Below the pieces are notes generated by a model, which saw nothing but the letters and a program-made list of their open reading frames with translations, was not told where the DNA came from and did not search any database. A program made the position numbers and the translations under genes. Positions 23,650-32,440 of a DNA stretch of 64,000 nt are shown piece by piece (the stretch's first letter is position 1; each line of letters opens with the position of its first letter). Source of the DNA: an uncultured Lactobacillus sp. (GTDB lineage: Bacteria; Bacillota; Bacilli; Lactobacillales; Lactobacillaceae); NCBI RefSeq assembly GCF_944327175.1, contig NZ_CALVGT010000055.1, positions 10,121 to 74,120 of the forward strand. Direction: 5' to 3'.

Positions 23650-24439
23650 GATTATTATCGGCCGCTACCTGCCGGGGACGACCTTTGTCTACCGGGTAGA
23701 CCCGCGGGCCAAGCTGCTGACGACTTTTTACTTTATCATCATGATCTTCCTGGCCAACAACTGGGTCAGCTATCTGGTGATCAGCATCTTTGGCCTGGCC
23801 TGCGTTTTCGCGACGGGCTTAAAGGCCAGAGTCTTTTGGGACGGGGTCAAGCCAATGATCTGGCTGATTGTTTTTACCTCCCTTCTGCAGACCTTCTTCA
23901 TGGCCGGTGGAAAAGTCTACTGGCACTGGTGGATACTTACCCTGTCCAGCGAGGGCTTGATCAATGGTTTGTACGTCTTCATCCGTTTTGCCATGATTAT
24001 TCTGGTGTCAACGGTGATGACGGTGACGACCAAGCCCTTGGAAATCGCGGATGCCATGGAATGGATGCTGACGCCGCTCAAGCTCTTCAAGGTCAACGTG
24101 GGCATGATCAGTCTGGTGATTTCGATCGCCTTGCGCTTCGTGCCGACCTTGTTTGACCAGACGGTCAATATCATGAATGCCCAGCGGTCCCGGGGCGCCG
24201 ACTTTAACGACGGCGGCCTGGTCAAGCGGGCCAAGTCAGTCGTTCCGATGCTGGTGCCGCTTTTTATCGATTCTCTGGAAGTGGCCCTAGACTTGTCCAC
24301 AGCCATGGAATCCCGGGGCTACAAGGGCAGTGAAGGCCGGACCCGCTATCGGATTCTGGAATGGAGCAAGGTGGACTTGATTCCGGCTGTTTACTGCCTG
24401 CTGTTGACAATTTTGATGATCACGACAAGGATGCATTGA
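23642..24439 (+). CDS. ecfT: ECF transporter transmembrane (T) component
   Basis: 265-aa membrane protein overlapping the ecfA2 end. Conserved ARG-containing coupling-helix region QRSRGAD. Confidence 0.9.
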   Translation: MSKIIIGRYLPGTTFVYRVDPRAKLLTTFYFIIMIFLANNWVSYLVISIFGLACVFATGLKARVFWDGVKPMIWLIVFTSLLQTFFMAGGKVYWHWWILTLSSEGLINGLYVFIRFAMIILVSTVMTVTTKPLEIADAMEWMLTPLKLFKVNVGMISLVISIALRFVPTLFDQTVNIMNAQRSRGADFNDGGLVKRAKSVVPMLVPLFIDSLEVALDLSTAMESRGYKGSEGRTRYRILEWSKVDLIPAVYCLLLTILMITTRMH

Positions 24440-25227
24440 TGACGAGCAGATACAAATTGACATTGTCCTATGACGGCCATGACTTTCATGGTTTCCAGTC
24501 CCAGCCTGGGCAAAGAACGATTCAAGGGACGGTAGAGGAGATCCTCAAGCGGATGACCAAAGGCCAGGAGGTCCGGGTCTTCGGGTCAGGCCGGACTGAT
24601 GCCGGAGTCCACTCAGTCGGGCAGGTAATCCACTTTGACTATCCAGGCAGGGAAATTCCGGCAGCCAACATGATCAAGGCCCTAAATTCCCAGCTGCCGA
24701 TGGATATGGTTTTTACTGACTGTGAAATTGTGGATAAAGATTTCCACTCCCGCTTTTCCGTCAAGGGGAAGTGGTACCGCTACCGGGTCAGCCTGGACGG
24801 CTTCGTGAACCCCTTCAAGCGTTTTTACACAGGCCATTATCCATATCCGGTGGATGTGGATAAGATGCAGGAAGCTGCCAAGGACCTCCTGGGCCGGCAT
24901 GATTTTACCAGTTTCGCGGCTAGCGGCGGGCAGATTGAGGATAAAGTTCGGGACATGTACTATGTCAATGTGGCCTTGGATGAAGAAAACAACGAAGTGA
25001 TCATGGACTTTATCGCGACCGGCTTTTTGTACAACATGGTCCGGATCCTGGTGGCCACCTTGCTAGAGATCGGCAATGGCCGCCGGCCGGTGCACGACTT
25101 AAAGCGGGTGATCGCGGCCAAGAACCGGCTGGAGGTCCAGCAGACTGCCCAGGCCAGCGGCTTGTACCTTTACCATGTCTTTTACGAGGAAGTGCCAAGA
25201 AAATATCGGCTCGACCTTGATTTATAA
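24439..25227 (+). CDS. truA: tRNA pseudouridine(38-40) synthase (start moved to ATG 24439)
   Basis: [24 protein letters not shown]...[10 protein letters not shown] catalytic Asp motif. The ATG overlaps the ecfT stop (TGATG). Confidence 0.95.
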   Translation: MTSRYKLTLSYDGHDFHGFQSQPGQRTIQGTVEEILKRMTKGQEVRVFGSGRTDAGVHSVGQVIHFDYPGREIPAANMIKALNSQLPMDMVFTDCEIVDKDFHSRFSVKGKWYRYRVSLDGFVNPFKRFYTGHYPYPVDVDKMQEAAKDLLGRHDFTSFAASGGQIEDKVRDMYYVNVALDEENNEVIMDFIATGFLYNMVRILVATLLEIGNGRRPVHDLKRVIAAKNRLEVQQTAQASGLYLYHVFYEEVPRKYRLDLDL

Positions 25228-25256
25228 TTGACATTTTGGTATTTAGGACATATGAT
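25228..25256 (+). promoter_or_regulatory. Promoter of rplM-rpsI
   Basis: TTGACA, 17 nt spacer, TATGAT. Confidence 0.6.
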
Positions 25257-25261
25257 ATAAG

Positions 25262-25332
25262 AGTATGTTTGTCCACGATAGGCCCCGGAAACTTATTGTA
25301 TTCAAACTACGAATTAAACGGAGGAATTTACA
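25262..25332 (+). promoter_or_regulatory. 5-prime UTR of rplM (possible L13-type autoregulatory leader)
   Basis: About 70-nt leader between the promoter and the TTG start. The class assignment rests on position only. Confidence 0.3.
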
Positions 25333-25776
25333 TTGCGTACTACACCATTAGCAAAGACTAGTGAAATTGAACGTAAGTGGTACTTGATTGACGCTACTGA
25401 TGTTTCATTGGGTCGTCTTTCAACTGCTGTTGCTACTATCCTTAGAGGTAAGAACAAGCCTCAATTTACTCCAAACGTTGACACGGGTGACAACGTCATC
25501 ATCGTTAACGCTTCTAAGTTGAAGCTTACTGGTAAGAAGGCTACTGACAAGATCTACTACCACCACTCAGAATGGCGTGGCGGTTTGAAGTCTGTTTCAG
25601 CCGGCGAATTGCTTGCCAAGAACCCTGTTAAATTGGTTGAATTGTCAGTTAAGGGTATGCTTCCAAAGAACACTCTTGGCCACCAAGAATTCTTGAAGAT
25701 GCACGTTTATGCTGGTGAAGAACACAAGCACGAAGCGCAAAAGCCTGAAAAGTTAGACATTAACAATTTGATCTAG
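25333..25776 (+). CDS. rplM: 50S ribosomal protein uL13
   Basis: TTG start. [21 protein letters not shown]... Confidence 0.97.
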   Translation: MRTTPLAKTSEIERKWYLIDATDVSLGRLSTAVATILRGKNKPQFTPNVDTGDNVIIVNASKLKLTGKKATDKIYYHHSEWRGGLKSVSAGELLAKNPVKLVELSVKGMLPKNTLGHQEFLKMHVYAGEEHKHEAQKPEKLDINNLI

Positions 25777-25788
25777 GAGGTAGTTTAG

Positions 25789-26184
25789 ATGGCACAACAA
25801 GCTGCATATGCAGGTACTGGTCGTCGTAAGGACGCCGTAGCTCGCGTTCGTTTAGTACCAGGCGATGGTAAGATCACTGTTAACAACAAGGATGTTGCTG
25901 ACTACATTCCATTGCCAATCTTGGTTAAGGACCTTAAGCAACCTTTGACTTTGACTGAAACTGAAGGCCAATACGACGTTATCGTTAACGTTAACGGTGG
26001 TGGTTTCTCAGGTCAAGCCGGTGCGATCCGTCATGGTATCGCCCGTGCCCTTCTTGAAGTAGACCCAGACTTCCGAGGTCCACTGAAGAAGGCTGGCTTC
26101 TTGACTCGTGACCCAAGAATGAAGGAAAGAAAGAAGCCAGGTCTGAAGAAGGCCCGCAAGGCTTCACAATTCTCAAAGCGTTAA
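25789..26184 (+). CDS. rpsI: 30S ribosomal protein uS9
   Basis: Ends ...[12 protein letters not shown], the canonical uS9 C-terminus. Confidence 0.98.
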   Translation: MAQQAAYAGTGRRKDAVARVRLVPGDGKITVNNKDVADYIPLPILVKDLKQPLTLTETEGQYDVIVNVNGGGFSGQAGAIRHGIARALLEVDPDFRGPLKKAGFLTRDPRMKERKKPGLKKARKASQFSKR

Positions 26185-26279
26185 TCTGGATCGTCAAGAA
26201 CGGCATCAGATCAGCGGTTTCGAGACTTCAAACGGTCACATATGGTCACAACAGATCATATCGAATCCAAGAGATTTAA

Positions 26280-26308
26280 AGCATCAGCATCTTGCTGGTG
26301 CTTTTTTT
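26280..26308 (+). terminator. Intrinsic terminator about 95 nt downstream of rpsI
   Basis: AGCATCAGC atctt GCTGGTGCT followed by T7. Confidence 0.75.
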
Positions 26309-26347
26309 CTGCATCAATTTCGGATAATGCTTTTCAGTAGAAAGGTG

Positions 26348-26395
26348 GGTATCTCTTAAGCCATGAAATGTGCTTGCAGGGATACCTATTTTTTT
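26348..26395 (+). terminator. Second terminator-like hairpin with no obvious upstream gene
   Basis: GGTATCTCT ...21 nt... AGGGATACC followed by TATTTTTTT. Confidence 0.4.
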
Positions 26396-26489
26396 AGTTG
26401 TTACTTGTATTTTTGCTTAATGGGGGTAAAATTGACATGAAATTAAAGAGAATGCTTACATTTTATGAAACGGGAATATAAAAAGTATT

Positions 26490-26684
26490 ATGAAAAAAAT
26501 CTTGACCAGTAAAGTTGCTAGAAGCATATTGGCGTTTATATTTATATTTTTTACGGGGTGGTCTGCCGCAAGATTAACAGTACGGACAGAAAGTTCTAAT
26601 TCGCCATATGACTACTTGATTTTAGGAGGGTTTAGTCTGGTTTTAGGCGTTTTGGAACTCTATAGGTTAATTAATAGTAAGTAA
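26490..26684 (+). CDS. Hypothetical small membrane protein (64 aa, 2 TM)
   Basis: ORF in an AT-rich spacer with two hydrophobic segments. No recognisable family. Confidence 0.35.
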   Translation: MKKILTSKVARSILAFIFIFFTGWSAARLTVRTESSNSPYDYLILGGFSLVLGVLELYRLINSK

Positions 26685-26721
26685 TCTAAAGATCAAATAA
26701 TCAAGATTAAAGATTGTAAAG

Positions 26722-26748
26722 AAAGCAGATCTCCGGATCTGCTTTTTT
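26722..26748 (+). terminator. Intrinsic terminator
   Basis: AGCAGATC tccg GATCTGCT followed by T6. Confidence 0.7.
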
Positions 26749-26815
26749 GCGGTCAAAAAGTCCGCTTTTGACTATAATTAAGGCAGAAACAATTACAGCA
26801 GAAGGAAAAGAGGGC

Positions 26816-27439
26816 ATGATGAAAAAAGGCGACAAATTGATTGACTGGGCCATGGAAATCCAAGCGATTGGGCAGACCGGCCTGGCCTACAGCAAGGATG
26901 TGTTTGACACTGAGCGCTACAGCCGCCTGCGGGAAATAGCCGCGGAAATGCTAGCGGAAAAAAGTGAGGTCAACTATGACAAGGTCAAAGAGCTCTTTTG
27001 CAATGAAATTGGCTACCAGACCCCGAAAGTCGCGACCAGGGCGGCCATCTTCAAGGATGACCAGATTCTCCTGGTCCAGGAAAAAGAAGGGCACTGGTCC
27101 CTGCCCGGTGGCTGGTGTGATGTCGACCAGTCTCCGGCTGACAACTGCGTCAAGGAGTGCCGGGAAGAGTCAGGTTTAACTGTCAAACCGGTCAAAATTA
27201 TTGCTATTCAAGACCACTTCAAGCACCATGGCTCCATCCATCCTTACGGGATTACCGATATCTATTATCTCTGCCAGTCCTTAGGCGGGGAATTCCAGGC
27301 CAACTCCGAAACCAGCCAGGCAGCCTGGTTTAAAGAAGATGACCTGCCACCCCTGGCGGAAAATAAGAATTCAACTGAACAGGTGAAGATGTGCTTTGCC
27401 GCGCACCGGGATGCCAACTGGCAAACTTTATTCGACTAA
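26816..27439 (+). CDS. NUDIX hydrolase with N-terminal Nudix_N_2-like helical domain (start moved to ATG 26816)
   Basis: Nudix box GGWCDVDQSPADNCVKECREESGL (Gx5Ex7REUxEExGU). The ORF-track start lies inside the upstream terminator. Confidence 0.85.
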   Translation: MMKKGDKLIDWAMEIQAIGQTGLAYSKDVFDTERYSRLREIAAEMLAEKSEVNYDKVKELFCNEIGYQTPKVATRAAIFKDDQILLVQEKEGHWSLPGGWCDVDQSPADNCVKECREESGLTVKPVKIIAIQDHFKHHGSIHPYGITDIYYLCQSLGGEFQANSETSQAAWFKEDDLPPLAENKNSTEQVKMCFAAHRDANWQTLFD

Positions 27440-27464
27440 AAAACTCGCCGTGAGGCGAGTTTTT
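27439..27464. terminator. Bidirectional terminator between the NUDIX gene (+) and the MFS gene (-)
   Basis: AAAACTCGCC gtga GGCGAGTTTT. Confidence 0.75.
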
Positions 27465-27505
27465 ACTATCTATTCTTTTTCAATTCCTATTTTTCTTTGT
27501 TTTCC

Positions 27506-28675
27506 TTACTTCCTAGCAGCTAATTGCCGGCAGACCAGGACCATCAAGAGGCAGCTGAGCAAGCTGTAGACCCCGCCAAAGTAGGGGGTGCTGGAAATAC
27601 CAGTCAAGCCTGCCGCTTGCGCCGCCGTAAAGGAGCCCAGGGAAATGCCGATATTGGCAAAAATCGAGTTGAAGCTGGAGGCGAAGTCGATTGACTCTGG
27701 ATATTCAGCCGCGGCCAGGTCCAGGAAATAAACCTGAGTGGATGACCCGTACATGCTGTTGGTGCAGCAGATGCCGACGATGCACAGGAAGGCCAGCCAG
27801 GACAGCGGCAAAAGCGGCGCCAAGAGGAAGAGCAGGATGGTCTGAATGCCGAAGACCAGGGGCAGGCGGTTGATCCCGCCGTGGTCTGCCAGAAAGCCCC
27901 CGGTCTTGTTGCCGGCGATAAAGGCTAAGCCCAGCAGCAAGAGCAAGATGTTCAGCCAGCTCTTTGGGAAATGCATGTAGTCGGTGATCAAGGACCGGAT
28001 GTAGGTATAGTAGGTATACTGAGCCGCGCAGGCCAAAATGATAGCCAGGAGGGTCAGCTGGATCTGCCGGTTGCCCAGGATGGAAAACTGCTTATTACCC
28101 TTGCTGGACTGGCTCTGTGGGGTGTCCCGGGGCACGAAGATCAGTAAAAGGGCGAAGGTTACGAGCGTCAGAAGCGAGATCATCCAGAAACTGGCATGCC
28201 AGGAAAAAGTGGTTGAGATGAAGGTCCCGATGGGCAGGCCAATGATGGAAGCAATCGAGAAGCCGGCAAAAATCCAGGAGAGAAGCGAGGCCCTTTTTTC
28301 CAAGGGCGCGACGAAATTGGCGATAACCAAGATCAGGGAAATAATCGCCCCGGCCGTAGTGGCAGACAGGATTCTGGACAAAAGCAGGCTGATATAGCTG
28401 TAAGACAAGGCCGTCCAGGTGTTGCCGATAAAGAAGATCCCCATCAAAAAGAAGAGGAGCTGGTGGCGCTTGAAATACTTGGTTAGGGAAGTGACCAGGG
28501 GAGTAGCGATGGCATAAACCAGGGCAAATACGGTGACCAGGTAGCCCAAGCTGCTGAGGGAGGCATTTATTTCCCGGGAAATATCCGGCAAAACACCGAC
28601 GATCATATATTCATTGCAGCCCAACATGAAGGCCACGAAGACGAAAAGAAAGGCTTGAATTTTGTAACGTGACAT
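27506..28675 (-). CDS. MFS transporter, 12-TM DHA1-like efflux type (start moved to ATG 28675)
   Basis: MSRYKIQAFLFVFVAFMLGCNEYMIVGVLPDISREI... typical MFS N-terminus. TAGGAG RBS 7 nt upstream of this ATG. The substrate is not inferable. Confidence 0.8.
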   Translation of the reverse strand: MSRYKIQAFLFVFVAFMLGCNEYMIVGVLPDISREINASLSSLGYLVTVFALVYAIATPLVTSLTKYFKRHQLLFFLMGIFFIGNTWTALSYSYISLLLSRILSATTAGAIISLILVIANFVAPLEKRASLLSWIFAGFSIASIIGLPIGTFISTTFSWHASFWMISLLTLVTFALLLIFVPRDTPQSQSSKGNKQFSILGNRQIQLTLLAIILACAAQYTYYTYIRSLITDYMHFPKSWLNILLLLLGLAFIAGNKTGGFLADHGGINRLPLVFGIQTILLFLLAPLLPLSWLAFLCIVGICCTNSMYGSSTQVYFLDLAAAEYPESIDFASSFNSIFANIGISLGSFTAAQAAGLTGISSTPYFGGVYSLLSCLLMVLVCRQLAARK

Positions 28676-28777
28676 GCGAAAACTCCTATAAGAATACACT
28701 CTTAATTAGTTTAACAGAAAAAATGTTAAAATGAAGATGATGATAGTAAGTCTTGAGTAAAGAAAGCAGGTTTAACT

Positions 28778-29269
28778 ATGCAGATTCAAGTTAAATTGGA
28801 CAAGGGCTATTTGCCCGATGAATATGCCAAGTATGCCAGCGTTACAGAAGCCGGCAACCCGGTAGTGTCTTTTCCCTTTACTTTGACGGGCCTGCCGGAA
28901 GGGAGCAAGTACCTGGCCTGGTCCTTGGTCGACTATGATTCCATTCCGGTCTGCGGCTTTGCCTGGATCCACTGGCTGGCCAGCGACGTGCCGGCAGTCA
29001 GCGAAATTCCAGCTGACTTCAGCCGGACGACGGATACGCCTCAGGGCTACAACAGTACTGTTTCTCGTTTTTTGAATGATCCGGAAGAAGTGCATACGGG
29101 CTATATCGGGCCGACTCCGCCGGACAAGGATCACGACTACCGCTTCCGGGTCTACGCTTTAAGCGAGAAGCTGGACCTGGAAGAGCCTTATTACTACAAT
29201 GAATTCTTGCGCGCCTTGAAGGGCAAGGTCTTGGCTGAAAGCCAGCTTGACCTGCCGGCCCGGGTTTAA
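28778..29269 (+). CDS. YbhB/YbcL-family PEBP (phosphatidylethanolamine-binding protein-like)
   Basis: GPTPPDKDHDYRFRVYAL matches the PEBP signature GPxPPxxxHxYxFxxYAL. Confidence 0.85.
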   Translation: MQIQVKLDKGYLPDEYAKYASVTEAGNPVVSFPFTLTGLPEGSKYLAWSLVDYDSIPVCGFAWIHWLASDVPAVSEIPADFSRTTDTPQGYNSTVSRFLNDPEEVHTGYIGPTPPDKDHDYRFRVYALSEKLDLEEPYYYNEFLRALKGKVLAESQLDLPARV

Positions 29270-29305
29270 GGTAAAAGATTTTTTAGAAAAAGTTGCCGGA
29301 AACTG

Positions 29306-29334
29306 TTGACCAAAGCTGGGAAATTAGGTAATAT
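29306..29334 (+). promoter_or_regulatory. Promoter of the solitary tRNA-Gln
   Basis: TTGACC, 17 nt spacer, TAATAT. Confidence 0.55.
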
Positions 29335-29368
29335 AGTATTTGTTGAGCGATCAGCTCACAAGTAAGAT

Positions 29369-29440
29369 TGCGTTATAGCCAAGTGGTAAGGCAACGGTTT
29401 TTGGTACCGTCATGCGCTGGTTCGAATCCAGCTAACGCAA
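29369..29440 (+). tRNA. tRNA-Gln (anticodon TTG)
   Basis: Cloverleaf folded by hand: acceptor TGCGTTA/TAACGCA, anticodon stem ACGGT/ACCGT, loop TTTTGGT, T-arm GCTGG TTCGAAT CCAGC. No encoded CCA. Confidence 0.92.
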
Positions 29441-29447
29441 TAAGCAA

Positions 29448-29475
29448 GGCTAGGCCGGAAGGCTTGGCCTTTTTT
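29448..29475 (+). terminator. Intrinsic terminator after tRNA-Gln
   Basis: GGCTAGGCC ggaa GGCTTGGCC (two G-U pairs) followed by T6. Confidence 0.65.
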
Positions 29476-29559
29476 GCGCGCTAAAAAAGCAAGACAAAAA
29501 TCTGGTAAAATGGAAAAGAACTTTTGTTGGCAGATTGATTTTAAGAAAAGAGGCAGCAG

Positions 29560-29730
29560 ATGGCTGGAAAAGAACAAGAAGCGGAAAAAATGCAAAAGCT
29601 GCTAGGCCAGCTGGAAGAAGAAATTTCCTTGAGCTACTTCCTTAAGCCTGGTACCATCACGGTTGGCCGCGACCTCTTGCAGGCCATGCAGGACCTGTTG
29701 GCCAATCCTAAAAAATGGGAAGAAAATTAA
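29560..29730 (+). CDS. Hypothetical 56-aa acidic helical protein (not in ORF track)
   Basis: ATG preceded by an AAAGAGG RBS: MAGKEQEAEKMQKLLGQLEEEISLSYFLKPGTITVGRDLLQAMQDLLANPKKWEEN. Possible TGgTAAAAT extended -10 at 29503-29511. Confidence 0.4.
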   Translation: MAGKEQEAEKMQKLLGQLEEEISLSYFLKPGTITVGRDLLQAMQDLLANPKKWEEN

Positions 29731-29740
29731 CGCGCCATGC

Positions 29741-29769
29741 TTGACTTTAATTTATATTTAAGATATAGT
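29741..29769 (+). promoter_or_regulatory. Promoter of the aminotransferase leader
   Basis: TTGACT, 17 nt spacer, TATAGT. Confidence 0.55.
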
Positions 29770-29775
29770 TGAAGC

Positions 29776-30028
29776 AGCAAATGTTGAGAGAGGACAAGAA
29801 TCATGAACGCTTTAATCAGCAAGAACGCGAAATTCTTTAGCTTTTATTACTGGAACTAGCTTGCATCTGCGGGTGCAAGTCTTCAAGCAAGAACATGCAT
29901 CTGCAGTTTCAATAATAAGAGTTTTCTCAGCATTTTTTGAAACGGTAGGAATCAGGATCCGGCGGTTTCAAGAACACGCGCATTAGCAGACTTTGGTAAT
30001 CGTGGATCATCTGATCCACGATTTTTTG
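29776..30028 (+). promoter_or_regulatory. About 250-nt leader RNA ending in an intrinsic terminator (attenuator or riboswitch of unresolved class)
   Basis: Terminator AATCGTGGATC atct GATCCACGATT plus T6 at 29998-30027, 27 nt before the aminotransferase ATG. No promoter fits between them. Alternative pairing ATCAGGATCCG (29950-29960) with GGATCATCTGAT (30004-30015). Internal hairpin CTTGCA..TGCAAG. Confidence 0.55.
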
Positions 30029-30054
30029 TTTTTACGGTAGCCAAGGAGGACACC

Positions 30055-31236
30055 ATGGTTGATTTAACGAAGCACTTTAAGCAGGGGGTAGCAGAAGTAA
30101 AGTCTTCAGCTATTCTGAATTTTGCCAAGTATACGAGCCAGTACCCGGACATCGTCAAGTTCACGGTTGGCGAACCGGACTTCAATACCCCGGACCATAT
30201 CAAGACGGCTGCCATCAAGGGGATCGTGGATAACCACTCCCACTACGCTCCTTCAAACGGGACGCCTGGACTCAGAAAAGCGGCGGCAGACTTCCTGGCC
30301 CGGCATTACGACATGCACTATAAGCCAAGCGAAATCATCGCCACCAACGGGGCAACGGAAGCCATCTACACAGTCATGTCTGCCATCATCAACCCAGGTG
30401 ACGTAATGGTTCTGCCAACTCCGATCTTTCCTTTATATATTGCTGACGCGGCCTTGGAAAAAGCGGAAGTTGTCCAGATCGACACTTCCAAGACCGGCTT
30501 CAAATTAACGCCAGACCAGCTGCAGGCAGCCGTTGCCGAATACGGCGACCGCCTCCGGATTCTGGTCATGAACTACCCGACCAACCCGACCGGGGTCATG
30601 TACAGCCAGGAAGAGCTGGATGCTTTGGCGGCGGTGATCAAGGACCGGCCAACTTTTGTCCTCTGTGATGAAATCTACAGTGAACTAAACTACGAGCAAG
30701 AGCACGCCTCAATGGCCAAGTCCCTCAGAAGCCAGGCCATTGTTTTAAATGGGGTCTCCAAGTCCTGGGCCATGACCGGCTACCGGATCGGGATCATGGC
30801 TGCTCCCCAGGAAATCACTGACCAGCTGGCCAAGGTTCACCAGTTCATCACCACGACTGAACCGACCCCAATGCAGGACGCGGCTGAGGAAGCTTTTAAA
30901 AACGGGGACAGGGATGCCCGGGAAATGAAGGCTGCCTTCAAGGAGCGCCGGGACTACCTCTACCAGGCTTTAACGGAAATCGGCTTTGAAGTGATCAAGC
31001 CGCAGGGGGCCTTCTATATCTGGGCCAAGATTCCAGCCGGTCTTAACCAAAAAGACACGGAATTCGTTTATGAGCTGGCTGACCAGGCCCATGTCGGGGT
31101 TTGTGCTGGTTCCTGGTTCGCCAAGGGCGGGCAGGGCTGGCTCCGCTTCTCCTACGCGACAGCCCTGGACGAAATTAAAGAAGGCGTAAGCAGAATCAAG
31201 AAATTTGTCGAGGAAAATAAGAATGATGGAAAGTAA
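30055..31236 (+). CDS. Class I/II PLP-dependent aminotransferase (aspartate/aromatic type)
   Basis: 393 aa. PLP-lysine region NGVSKSWAMTGYRIG, plus NYPTNPTG. Confidence 0.88.
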   Translation: MVDLTKHFKQGVAEVKSSAILNFAKYTSQYPDIVKFTVGEPDFNTPDHIKTAAIKGIVDNHSHYAPSNGTPGLRKAAADFLARHYDMHYKPSEIIATNGATEAIYTVMSAIINPGDVMVLPTPIFPLYIADAALEKAEVVQIDTSKTGFKLTPDQLQAAVAEYGDRLRILVMNYPTNPTGVMYSQEELDALAAVIKDRPTFVLCDEIYSELNYEQEHASMAKSLRSQAIVLNGVSKSWAMTGYRIGIMAAPQEITDQLAKVHQFITTTEPTPMQDAAEEAFKNGDRDAREMKAAFKERRDYLYQALTEIGFEVIKPQGAFYIWAKIPAGLNQKDTEFVYELADQAHVGVCAGSWFAKGGQGWLRFSYATALDEIKEGVSRIKKFVEENKNDGK

Positions 31237-32278
31237 AGAAATAAACGGCCTTAAGCAAGGCACGCTGAACATTTTAAATGGGATCGGACTTGGGGTCATT
31301 GCTGCCCTGGTGCCGGCCGCGATTTTAGGCCAGCTGATGAAGGCCCTCTTGGGTGTAGCTCCGGCTTTTGCCCAGACGGTTATCAACATCACTACTTTTA
31401 CCCAGAGCCTGTTGGCGGCTATGGCCGGCTTCTGCGCGGCCTACCTCTTCCAGATGAACATGATCCAGATGTGTTCGGTCGCAGCCGCGGCCATGATCGG
31501 GTCTGGCGCGGTTACTTTTAAAAACGGCTTGATTATGGTCGCCGGGACTGGTGACGTTATCAACATCGGCTTGACGATCACCCTGGCCATCCTCTTGATC
31601 AAATTGATTGGCAACAAGCTTGCTTCCTACACGACTATTCTCTTGCCAATCATCGTCTTGGTCGTTGGCGGCGGGATCGGCCTCTTGATCTTGCCATACG
31701 TTAAATTCGTGACCACTTTTATCGGCATGATCGTCATGGCCTTCACCAAGCTGCAGCCACTCTTGATGGGTGTCTTGATCGGGATGTCCTTCGCGGCCAT
31801 GATCGTGTCGCCGATTTCTTCAGTTGGGATCGCGGTGGCGATCGGCTTGACTGGGGTTGCTTCCGGAGCCGCTAACCTGGGCATCACCGGGGCAGCTTAT
31901 ACTTTGGGGATCATGAGCTACAGCGTCAACGGGATGGGGACCACCTTGGCTCACTTCATTGGGACGCCTAAGATCCAGATGGCCAACATGCTGGAAAAGC
32001 CGAAGCTCTTTGTCCCAGTCCTGCTTTCATCTGGTCTGTCCGGTCTGCTGGCTGCCATCTTCAACCTGCAGGGGACGCCAAATTCCGCTGGCTTTGGCTT
32101 CAGCGGCCTGATCGGGCCCCTGGCGGCTTACGCCAAGATGACGCCAGGCTGGGGGAGCATCATCCTTTTGATGGTTCTTTACGTTGTTTACCCGGTCGCC
32201 TTGGGCTTCTTCATGCGCTGGCTTTTCATCGACCGCTTGAGCTTTGCTCAGGCAGAAGACCTGCGCCTGGAAGTTTAA
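31223..32278 (+). CDS. Polytopic membrane protein, PTS-EIIC-like (PF13303-type) putative transporter (start ATG 31223)
   Basis: About 10 TM. The N-terminus LNILNGIGLGVIAALVPAAILGQLMKAL resembles the EIIC_2 family from memory. Overlaps the aminotransferase end by 14 nt. GAGGAAAA RBS upstream. Confidence 0.5.
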   Translation: MMESKEINGLKQGTLNILNGIGLGVIAALVPAAILGQLMKALLGVAPAFAQTVINITTFTQSLLAAMAGFCAAYLFQMNMIQMCSVAAAAMIGSGAVTFKNGLIMVAGTGDVINIGLTITLAILLIKLIGNKLASYTTILLPIIVLVVGGGIGLLILPYVKFVTTFIGMIVMAFTKLQPLLMGVLIGMSFAAMIVSPISSVGIAVAIGLTGVASGAANLGITGAAYTLGIMSYSVNGMGTTLAHFIGTPKIQMANMLEKPKLFVPVLLSSGLSGLLAAIFNLQGTPNSAGFGFSGLIGPLAAYAKMTPGWGSIILLMVLYVVYPVALGFFMRWLFIDRLSFAQAEDLRLEV

Positions 32279-32308
32279 GCTAAAAAGTAAAAAAATTGCC
32301 AAAAAGCC

Positions 32309-32337
32309 TTGCACTTGCCCTGTTTTTTCGTTAATAT
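32309..32337 (+). promoter_or_regulatory. Promoter of the tRNA-Tyr/tRNA-Gln pair
   Basis: TTGCAC, 17 nt spacer, TAATAT. Confidence 0.5.
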
Positions 32338-32353
32338 AATAGAGTACTTCAAC

Positions 32354-32435
32354 GGAGGAATAGCGAAGTGGCTAAACGCGGCGGTCTGTAAAACCGCTCT
32401 CTCTGAGTTCGGTGGTTCGAATCCACTTTCCTCCA
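32354..32435 (+). tRNA. tRNA-Tyr (anticodon GTA), long variable arm
   Basis: Acceptor GGAGGAA/TTCCTCC, anticodon stem GCGGT/ACCGC, loop CTGTAAA, T-loop GGTTCGAATCC. Confidence 0.9.
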
Positions 32436-32440
32436 TTGAT

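Noticed and set aside
26752-26778. Inverted repeat GTCAAAA-agtccgc-TTTTGAC abutting a TATAAT box upstream of the NUDIX gene, as an operator
   Set aside because: It is a short 7-bp A/T-rich stem adjacent to a terminator, with no partner regulator and no second copy in the window. The evidence is insufficient.
29776-30028. T-box riboswitch assignment for the aminotransferase leader
   Set aside because: Some pieces look T-box-like: GGGTGCAAG resembles a stem-I distal loop, ATTAG...TGGTA lies near the terminator, and GAGAGAGG lies near the 5-prime end. However, the UGGN element abuts the terminator 5-prime arm directly instead of sitting in an upstream antiterminator bulge. No AG-box, F-box or clear specifier loop could be placed. 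It is kept only as a leader of unresolved class.
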